Source: Capsulimonadaceae bacterium (GTDB lineage: Bacteria > Armatimonadota > Armatimonadia > Armatimonadales > Capsulimonadaceae). From it: 64,000 nt of DNA. The stretch covers positions 4,576,001-4,640,000 of the forward strand of contig OZ244065.1 of assembly GCA_965215505.1 (NCBI GenBank), written 5' to 3'. The stretch's first letter is position 1. Each line of letters starts with the position of its first letter. Position numbers and translations under genes: made by a program. Shown in pieces: positions 56,770 through 64,000 of this stretch. The notes under the pieces are model-generated. The model was not told where the DNA came from, did not search any database, and saw nothing but the letters and a program-made list of their open reading frames with translations.

Positions 56770-58599
56770 ATGTCTCAAACTGTAACACAAGACCACCTCC
56801 GGAATATCGCGATCATCGCGCACGTTGACCACGGCAAGACCACCCTCGTGGACGGGATGCTGAAGCAGGGCGGCGTCTTCCGCGCCAATCAGGCCGTCGC
56901 CGACCGCGTCATGGACAAGATGGACCTGGAGCGCGAGCGCGGCATCACCATCGTCTCCAAGCACACCGCGATCACCTACGAAGACATCAAGATCAATATC
57001 GTGGACACGCCCGGCCATGCTGACTTCGGCGGCGAGGTCGAGCGCGTGATGAGCCTTGTGGACGGCGTCCTGCTGCTGATTGATGCCGTCGAAGGCCCCA
57101 TGCCGCAGACCCGGTTCGTGCTGTCCAAGGCCCTCCAGGCCGGACACAAGGCCGTCGTCGTCGTCAACAAGATAGACCGCCCGATGGCGCGGCTGGACTA
57201 TGTGGTGGACCAGACCTTCGACCTCTTCGCCGCCCTAGGCGCGACCGAGGAGCAGCTCGACTTCCCCATCGTCTACACCATCGCCCTGCAAGGCACCGCG
57301 ACACTGGACCCGGAGACGCCCGGCGTGGACCTCCTGCCGCTGTTTAAAACCATCGTCAGCCACATCCCGCCCCCCACGGGCGACCCCAACGCCCCCTTGC
57401 AGCTCCGGGCGACGACGCTGGATTATGACGACTACAAGGGCCGCATCGCCATCGGGCGCGTCAATTCCGGCACGGTCAAGAGCGCCCAGAACATCACGGT
57501 CATCAACCGCGAAGGGATCAACATTCCCGGCAAGCTAGCCCAAGTCTTCATCTACCAGGGCCTGAACCGAGTCGAGGTCGAACAGGCCGAGGCAGGCGAG
57601 ATCGTCGCCATTTCCGGCCTGCCCGATGTCAACATCGGCGAGACCATCGCCTCGCGCGAAAGCCCGGTCGCCCTGCCCATCATGCAGGTGGACGAGCCGA
57701 CCCTGCGGATGACCTTCGGCGTCAACACCTCCCCGCTGACCGGGCGCGAGGGCCAGTGGTCCACGTCCCGCAAGCTGCGCGAGCGGCTGATGAAGGAACT
57801 CCAGACCAACGTCGCCCTGCGCGTCGAGGACACGGACTCGGCGGACCAGTTCAGCGTCTCGGGCCGGGGCGAGCTTCACCTGGCCGTCCTGATCGAGACC
57901 ATGCGGCGCGAGGGCTATGAGCTTCAGGTCTCGCAGCCTGAGGTCATCTTCCACGAGGAGGACGGACAGCGCATGGAGCCGCTGGAAGAAGTCGAGATTG
58001 ATGTCGCCGAGGAATACAGCGGCGTGGTCATCGAGCAGCTAGGGCGGCGGCGCGGCGACATGCTGGACATGAGATCGCCCGGTGACGGTCACGTCTACAT
58101 GCGTTTCAAGGTGCCGACGCGCGGCCTGCTCGGCTTCCGCAACCAGTTCCTTACCGAGACGCGCGGTACGGGCGTCTTGAACTCCTTGTTCGCGGGCTAC
58201 ATCGCCTACACCGGTGACATGACGACCGAGCGCAACGGCAGCCTGCTGGCAAGCGAGTCGGGGATCACGACGACCTTCGGCCTGGCCGCCGCCGAGGAGC
58301 GTGGCATCCTGTTCGTCCCGCACAACATCGAAGTCTACGAAGGCATGATCATCGGCAAGAACGCCCGCGATACGGACCTGGAAGTCAATGTCTGCCGCAA
58401 GAAGCACCTGACCTCCATGCGCGAGTCCAACAAAGAAACATTCATGCGACTGGCCCCGCCGACCGTCATGTCCCTGGACCGGGCCATCGAGTACATCGGC
58501 CCCGACGAACTCGTGGAAGTGACCCCCAAAAACATCCGCATGCGGAAGCGCGAGCTGAACCCCGACCTGCGCCGCCGCGCGACGAAGGCGGGGAAGTAG
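56770..58599 (+). CDS. typA: Translational GTPase TypA/BipA
   Basis: [58 protein letters not shown]. Confidence 0.96.
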   Translation: MSQTVTQDHLRNIAIIAHVDHGKTTLVDGMLKQGGVFRANQAVADRVMDKMDLERERGITIVSKHTAITYEDIKINIVDTPGHADFGGEVERVMSLVDGVLLLIDAVEGPMPQTRFVLSKALQAGHKAVVVVNKIDRPMARLDYVVDQTFDLFAALGATEEQLDFPIVYTIALQGTATLDPETPGVDLLPLFKTIVSHIPPPTGDPNAPLQLRATTLDYDDYKGRIAIGRVNSGTVKSAQNITVINREGINIPGKLAQVFIYQGLNRVEVEQAEAGEIVAISGLPDVNIGETIASRESPVALPIMQVDEPTLRMTFGVNTSPLTGREGQWSTSRKLRERLMKELQTNVALRVEDTDSADQFSVSGRGELHLAVLIETMRREGYELQVSQPEVIFHEEDGQRMEPLEEVEIDVAEEYSGVVIEQLGRRRGDMLDMRSPGDGHVYMRFKVPTRGLLGFRNQFLTETRGTGVLNSLFAGYIAYTGDMTTERNGSLLASESGITTTFGLAAAEERGILFVPHNIEVYEGMIIGKNARDTDLEVNVCRKKHLTSMRESNKETFMRLAPPTVMSLDRAIEYIGPDELVEVTPKNIRMRKRELNPDLRRRATKAGK

Positions 58600-58635
58600 G
58601 CGAGAGGGAAAAGACAGGGCGCGATTAGACAGAGA

Positions 58636-58671
58636 AAGACCGCCCCGGCCATTGGCCGGGGCGGTCTTTTT
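58636..58671 (+). terminator. typA intrinsic terminator
   Basis: AAGACCGCCCCGGCCA-T-TGGCCGGGGCGGTCTTTTT. Confidence 0.8.
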
Positions 58672-59059
58672 AGCGGATGGGTAGCGAAGGGCAGGGGGGA
58701 GAAGGCGAACGGGGAGAGGAAGGGCGAACACAAGGTTCGCCCCTACCGGGTGTGGCAGGAGCGGTGGCCGTGTCCTCGCCGGTAAGACAGATGATGCCAT
58801 GCAAATGATTAGGCATCATAATGAAGGCATCTGTCGCAAGAAAAGGGAAGCGGTCCGATAGATGTTCCCAATTTTCCTGTACCATGCCGCCTGCCGCGTT
58901 CAGCCGCATCTGACCATCATAGATCTCGCCGAACAGACATTGGCGTTGGTGCAAACAGATGGTGATGAAGTAAACGCCTTCTTGCGCGTAATCGTATCCT
59001 TCAAGGCGCTGGCTGCTTCGGTGCCACTCCCGGTACGTCGGCATTCCACGGACCTCCAT
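58670..59059 (-). pseudogene. Truncated REP-associated tyrosine transposase (RAYT, IS200/Y1 superfamily)
   Basis: R.S.RL.GYDY...G.YFITIC and MPNHLHGII (HUH) motifs; the C-terminal half with the catalytic Tyr is absent; family-B REPs at 58721 and 59090. Confidence 0.85.
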
Positions 59060-59089
59060 GTTTCTTGGCGCTCTCGCCAGTTCCTCCCC

Positions 59090-59229
59090 GTAGGGGCGAA
59101 CCTTGTGTTCGCCCTTCCTCTCTCGGTTCGCCCTTCCTCTCTCGGTTCGCCCTTCCTCTCTCGGTTCGCCCTTCCTCTCTCGGTTCGCCCTTCCTCTCTC
59201 GGTTCGCCCTTCCTCTCTCGGTTCGCCCT
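59090..59229. repeat. Family-B REP followed by six perfect 19-bp tandem units (GTTCGCCCTTCCTCTCTCG)
   Basis: Units start at 59107, 59126, 59145, 59164, 59183 and 59202, plus a partial unit at 59221. Confidence 0.9.
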
Positions 59230-59310
59230 CTGTGAATCAAGAACCGCCCCGGCCACTGGCCGGGGCGGTCTTCCTTTGTCCATCGCGTGTCTCTCACCCG
59301 AGGCTTTCGA

Positions 59311-60318
59311 CTAGCGATGCTTGACCATCGGATGGGGCTTGGAAACGCTGGCCGTCGTCGTCGCGGCAGGCGCAGGCACTGCATAGATGGTTGTGCCGGC
59401 GGCTGTGGTGGGGAGGGTGAACGTGGCCGTCTGAACGACCGTCGTGCCCTTCGTTTCAGTGACCGTGTGTGTGCCCGGCGTCGTGAATAAGACCACTGTG
59501 CCCTGCGCGTCCGCCGTAGTGGCGACATAGCCAGCAGGGTAGAAAGCGCCCGTCCCCGCTCCGCCGTCAACCGTCACCGTGTCACCCGGTGCGATCGCGT
59601 TGAAGATTTCTGCGGGGGGCGTTTTGGTGTTCTTAGTACCGGTGTCGAAGCTCTGGAGGAACAGTGTTACATCGGTCGGCTGGGCCACGACTACGCCTAG
59701 GGTTGTCGTCGTACTCTGCCCGCTGGCGTCGGAGACGGCGGCGGTGAACTGGTGGATGCCCGACGTAGTGAACGGCAGCGTGAATGCGGCCGAGGCATAC
59801 TGACCGTCATTTGGGACGTTCGCGACGCCCGAGCTGTCGAATGTCAACGCCTGAGAAAACCCCGTCACCTCCGGTGAGGTTAAGACGACGCTGGAAGGGA
59901 CGATGGCGCTGATGCCGTTGCCCGCGTTGCCGTTGGCGACGAGGGCGCGGAAGGTGACGTTCGCCTGACCCACGGGAACGGCCACTGACGCCGTCGCGCC
60001 GTCCGCCTCAAATCCACCGGCGGGAAAGCCAAGCGGAATAGCCCCTTCCAGCGGCTTGGCCGTGCTGGAAAGGGCACCCGTGAGTGCGCCCGTGTTAGTG
60101 GTGGTAGTCTTACCTGTCGCATCGGTAGTGGTCGCTGGGAACTGTAGGCCACTGCCGGTCGCCCCTGTGGTGGGATTGACGCCGTAGATGGTCGGGGTAG
60201 CGGCGGGCGCGGGGCCTTGGTTGTTGGTCGCCCCGCCACAGCCGCTCAGGAGGATGGCGGCGGAAGCGCCGAGGGCCGCTAGAAGGCCGACGCGGCCTTG
60301 GTTTTTATTCTGAAACAT
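59311..60318 (-). CDS. Thr/Gly-rich lipoprotein
   Basis: Lipobox LLSGC after a hydrophobic stretch; AAAGGA RBS; downstream of the TonB-dependent receptor. Confidence 0.8.
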   Translation of the reverse strand: MFQNKNQGRVGLLAALGASAAILLSGCGGATNNQGPAPAATPTIYGVNPTTGATGSGLQFPATTTDATGKTTTTNTGALTGALSSTAKPLEGAIPLGFPAGGFEADGATASVAVPVGQANVTFRALVANGNAGNGISAIVPSSVVLTSPEVTGFSQALTFDSSGVANVPNDGQYASAAFTLPFTTSGIHQFTAAVSDASGQSTTTTLGVVVAQPTDVTLFLQSFDTGTKNTKTPPAEIFNAIAPGDTVTVDGGAGTGAFYPAGYVATTADAQGTVVLFTTPGTHTVTETKGTTVVQTATFTLPTTAAGTTIYAVPAPAATTTASVSKPHPMVKHR

Positions 60319-60394
60319 CAAGAAGAAAAAATCCTTTCGTGAGCGTGCAGCGGCAGGGAGCGCTTCGTCAGCGCCCCTGCCGCCTGCGTGCCGC

Positions 60395-63085
60395 TCAGAA
60401 CTTCGTGCGGAAGCCGAACGTGGCGAAGATCGGCGTGATGATGGTGGACGCGCCGTAGTAGATGCGCCCCTGCGGGAACGCCGCCGACGGGCCTTCATAG
60501 TACGGGGTCCCCGACTGCGTGGTGGTCGCGTAGTTCAGCACCGTCTGCTTGTCGAACACGTTGTCCACGTCGAAGAACAGCGACGTGGTCGGCGTCAGGT
60601 AGAAGTTGCTGTTGAGGCTGATCTTGTAGTGCCAGCCGGACCGGCCCGCCGTCGGGTTGAGCGGCTGGAGGGCCGTCCTGTCGAACAGCGTCACCGGCAC
60701 CTCCGAGAAGTTGCCCACGACCGTGTGCTGCGAGTCCGCGCCCTGCCCGCCGACAAGCCCTCCGGCACCGCCCGAGAAGGGGAATCCGCTGCCGGCGTCC
60801 AGAATGACCGACGTCTCGAACAGTTTGTTGAACCGCTTGGTCAGGTCCGCGCCGATGGTATGCCGCTGGTCGTAGGAGGTCGCGAACTCTTGATTGTCGC
60901 CGAAGCGGATGGCGGCGTCACTGATGCCCGAGCCGGCGAAGGCATTGTAGAAGTACGGGTTGTAGCCGGTGTCAAAGTCGCTGCTGGTGGCCCGCACGAC
61001 CTGGTTCGTGTAAGACACGAAGCCGTTGATCGCATAGGGGTCGCGCGCGCTCGGGGTTTTTGCCAGCTTGAACTCCAGGCCGCTGGCGTGTCCGTGGCCG
61101 CTGTTGTCATAACCGCGGACGCCCGCAAGGGGCGCGTAGCTGACGCGGGTGAGCTGGATCAGGTCGAACTGGTTGCGCTTGTAGCCGGTCAGCGAGGCGG
61201 AGTAGGTGCCGTTCAGGAAGCCCAGTCCGCTTGCGGTCAGCCCCTTCTCGACGCCCAGGTCGAAGTTGTTCGCGTGGGAGGCGCCCAGGTGATTGTACTG
61301 GGCGTAGCGGCCCTGCAAACCGGCGAGCTGCGTTGCGGAGTTGGTCGCGGTCGCGGCAGTGCCGGTGTTCTGCGGGAAGAGGATTTCCGGCAGGCGCGAA
61401 TCCGGGAATTGCGACTCGACCGCATAGGACGAGCGGATGGCGAGGTCCCGGACGGGCGAGTAGGTGATGCCAAGGCGCGGGTCCAGATAGTGGTCGTTGT
61501 AGGAATTGATGTCGGTGAGGCCGCCGCTGCCGTCGCCGTTCGCCACTTGCGAGAGGGACTGCAAGCCGTAGTGCATGTTGGCGTAGCGCAGGCCCGCCGT
61601 GATCGTCACCAGGTCGTTCAGTGTCTTGAGCTGATTGGACAGGTAAAGAACGGTCTGGTCCGGCTTCGCGGTACTGATGCGGTCCCCGATGTAGCCGCGC
61701 GCGGTCGTGTAAGGCGCCAGGGTCGCCGCCCCACTCTGGATCAGGTGGTAGAAGGTGTTGCTCGGCAGGTAAGCGACGCCGGCCTTGAGCTGGTAGGCGT
61801 CTGTGAGCTGGTTCGTGTAGTCCACCTGGTTGCCGAACGTGGTGGAATGCCGACTCTCAAAGAGGCCCGCCGTGTTCTCATTGTGGAAGGTCACGTCGTT
61901 CTTCAACTGGTAGGACCGGAAGTTCAGGAACGACTTCGCGCTGAAGTTGTGCTTGTAGCCGAGGTAGTTGAAGTCGTACTGCTGGTCGCTGTGGTCCTGC
62001 TGGTAGGAGCCGGTGTTGACCGAATTTGCGATGCTTGGGTCGAACTTCAATGTCTGCCCGGCAGCGAACTGCTGGTAGTTGTCGTACTGTTCGAAGCCGT
62101 GGCTGACGAAGGCGGTCACCTGGTTGTTCGGGTCGGCGTAGTAGTTGACCTTGGCGACGCCGTCGAAGGAGGCGCCCAGCCGCTGAATCTGGGTGTTCTG
62201 AGGGAAATTATTGGCGAACTGGATCGTCGAGACGTAGTAGTCCAGCTTGGGGCCGATGACGTTGCCGTACTGGCTGTTCGTACCGCGGTAGTTCCAGCCG
62301 TGATCCGGGCCGAACGTCCCCTCGATGATGCCGCCCTTCAGGTCGCGCCCGTTGTTGGTGACTTCGTTGATGAAGCCGCCCGTCGCGTTGCCGTAGGAGG
62401 CGTCCGCGCCGCCGGTATAGAGGTTCGCGCTCTTCAGGCCGACCGTGACGAGGTTGGTGGCGAAGGAGTTCGTCATCGGCTCGGTGATCTGGATGCCGTC
62501 CACGTCGAAGCCGACCTGGTTGAAGTCCGAGCCGCGGATGTGGACGTAGCCGGACGGGTCTGGCGTGATGCCGGGCTGGCCGAAGACGAGGCCGGGGAAC
62601 TGGTACAGGTTGTTCGGCTGGGACTTGGTCTGCTGCTCGACGGCGGCGCTGATGCCGTAGACGGTGTCCGTACCGCTGCGACGGACGACTTGACCGCGGA
62701 TGACCGAAGTGCCCGTGTTGATGGTGTTGAGCTGGAGGGTGACGTCAGCCCGGCTGGTGACATCCTGGGAAACATTGACCGTGGTCTCGGTAGACTTATA
62801 AGTCGGGCCGGAGATCCGGATTGCCTGGGCGGCGGGATCAACGCCGGTGAAAGTATAATTACCGCTGCTGTCGGTCTTGACGCTGGCCCCGGTGCTTTCC
62901 AGGGTGACGGTCGCCCCGACGACCGGCTGGCCGGCGGCGTTGGTGACGGTCCCCTGGATGGTGCCCGTGGTGGCCGCGCCGAAAGCCATCGGCGCGAGCA
63001 TCAGGGCGACGAGGGCGGACAGCGCCGTGGAGGAAACCGTCCGGGAACGGGCGGACCGAGGTCGGCGTGAGTGGTGTGTGTACAT
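60395..63085 (-). CDS. TonB-dependent receptor with N-terminal carboxypeptidase-regulatory-like domain
   Basis: Signal peptide; GTIQGTVT...PV.GATV; plug PGI...HIRG...VDGI; PRLG..Y; NVFDK; C-terminal Phe. Confidence 0.9.
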   Translation of the reverse strand: MYTHHSRRPRSARSRTVSSTALSALVALMLAPMAFGAATTGTIQGTVTNAAGQPVVGATVTLESTGASVKTDSSGNYTFTGVDPAAQAIRISGPTYKSTETTVNVSQDVTSRADVTLQLNTINTGTSVIRGQVVRRSGTDTVYGISAAVEQQTKSQPNNLYQFPGLVFGQPGITPDPSGYVHIRGSDFNQVGFDVDGIQITEPMTNSFATNLVTVGLKSANLYTGGADASYGNATGGFINEVTNNGRDLKGGIIEGTFGPDHGWNYRGTNSQYGNVIGPKLDYYVSTIQFANNFPQNTQIQRLGASFDGVAKVNYYADPNNQVTAFVSHGFEQYDNYQQFAAGQTLKFDPSIANSVNTGSYQQDHSDQQYDFNYLGYKHNFSAKSFLNFRSYQLKNDVTFHNENTAGLFESRHSTTFGNQVDYTNQLTDAYQLKAGVAYLPSNTFYHLIQSGAATLAPYTTARGYIGDRISTAKPDQTVLYLSNQLKTLNDLVTITAGLRYANMHYGLQSLSQVANGDGSGGLTDINSYNDHYLDPRLGITYSPVRDLAIRSSYAVESQFPDSRLPEILFPQNTGTAATATNSATQLAGLQGRYAQYNHLGASHANNFDLGVEKGLTASGLGFLNGTYSASLTGYKRNQFDLIQLTRVSYAPLAGVRGYDNSGHGHASGLEFKLAKTPSARDPYAINGFVSYTNQVVRATSSDFDTGYNPYFYNAFAGSGISDAAIRFGDNQEFATSYDQRHTIGADLTKRFNKLFETSVILDAGSGFPFSGGAGGLVGGQGADSQHTVVGNFSEVPVTLFDRTALQPLNPTAGRSGWHYKISLNSNFYLTPTTSLFFDVDNVFDKQTVLNYATTTQSGTPYYEGPSAAFPQGRIYYGASTIITPIFATFGFRTKF

Positions 63086-63407
63086 GCTCTCCCTTTCTGA
63101 GCGTAAAGCGGTGCCGTGAATGTCTTGGGACAGCAGGAAACGGGTGGCGCGGAGGTGCAGGCGCGTCTAACCCAGGCTGTTGAGACTTTTTTGGATGATT
63201 ACCGGTGGCAGCATCGCCAGGGCTGGCTGCCGGGCGGTTGGAGGAATGCCCGGCAAGGAACGTGGGTTCATGGCATTATACAACAGGTTTTGAAAAAAAA
63301 CCAGGGGGTATGAAAATTAGGTGAAAAATGTATGCAAAGGGCGATGGGCGAAAAAAGAACCAGCCCCCCGGTATCGGGAGGCTGGGGCGGTGCTGGGTAG
63401 AGGCAGA

Positions 63408-64000
63408 TCAACTGCCGAGGGCGAACGTGTGTGACATCTGCGCCGTCTCCGCCACGCCGTTATGAACGGCCGGTTTGAAGCGGAAACCCTGGACGGCATT
63501 GCGGATCGCGCTGTCTACGTCCGAGTTGCCGGTCGGACGGAACTTGATGTTGCTCGGATGCCCGCGCTCGTCTACCTCCCACGTCACGGTCACGCTGGTC
63601 GTGTTCAGCGTGCTGGGATCGAACTCCGGCAGCGAGATGTCGCTGAAACTGCCCCTGATCTCCGGTTCGTCCCGATCCGGTATCTTCGGCTTTGGCGGCG
63701 GCGGTGGGGGCGGCGGCGGAGGCGGCGCGACATGGACCACCGGCGCGGGCGGCGGCGGGGCCGGCGGCTCGGGCTTGGGCGGCGGCGGCGCGGGTGGCTC
63801 CGGCGTTGGCGCGGGCGGCGTCGGCAGCGCGCTCTCACCGGACGCAGTCGGCTTCTGGTCCGTGTTGGGAGCCGTGTCCGGGACCGCGATCGGGCTTACC
63901 GCGTTCGTGTTGTGCGTCGTCGCCACGGCCACCCGGTGGACCGGCGTGGGCGTCCGCTGCGGCCGGGGCGGCGTCGGATGGGGGCGCGGGGGCGGCGGCT
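63408..64000 (-). CDS. tonB: TonB energy transducer, C-terminal part (5' end outside the window)
   Basis: Pro-rich linker, then V.V...VDERG, TGNSDVD.A...AV..FRFKPA..NG. Confidence 0.8.
   Translation of the reverse strand, partial: PPPPRPHPTPPRPQRTPTPVHRVAVATTHNTNAVSPIAVPDTAPNTDQKPTASGESALPTPPAPTPEPPAPPPPKPEPPAPPPPAPVVHVAPPPPPPPPPPPKPKIPDRDEPEIRGSFSDISLPEFDPSTLNTTSVTVTWEVDERGHPSNIKFRPTGNSDVDSAIRNAVQGFRFKPAVHNGVAETAQMSHTFALGS

Noticed and set aside
59107-59229. Possible CRISPR array
   Set aside because: Units are contiguous and identical with no unique spacers, and there are no cas genes.
60629-63070. Long antisense ORFs (813 aa here; also 23615-25417, 37312-38760, 17278-18903)
   Set aside because: Typical high-GC shadow frames opposite well-supported genes, with no recognisable motifs.

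Overview
High-GC bacterial chromosome segment. Its gene content (GH10/GH148-like hydrolases, repeated AraC-PhyH modules, zf-HC2 ECF pairs, TonB system) resembles a soil diderm such as Armatimonadota, which is an inference only. The left end is the edge of an integrative element: a partial Prim-Pol-like gene, a small ORF and a large serine recombinase. Next comes a chemotaxis-independent CheB/PAS/PP2C/anti-sigma signalling cluster. The middle is mostly housekeeping and carbohydrate genes (Ogg-like glycosylase, MFS, KimA-like transporter, AcuC, UvrD, UDG, MurB, MATE, NagA, TypA), interspersed with several families of REP-like palindromes and a truncated REP-associated tyrosine transposase. The most striking locus (52773-55638) is a candidate new ATP-grasp RiPP/protein-crosslinking system: one intact and one degenerate ATP-grasp ligase, a precursor with about 27 K-[D/E] repeats, and a small protein resembling the precursor's leader alone. 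Other notable items are an unannotated 6S-like structured RNA, a pyrophosphatase with a rewired active site, a possible Fe/2OG halogenase, an in-frame palindromic insertion in a glycoside hydrolase, a decayed TA/Fic locus and many apparently leaderless genes. All calls come from motif recognition by eye; no searches were run.
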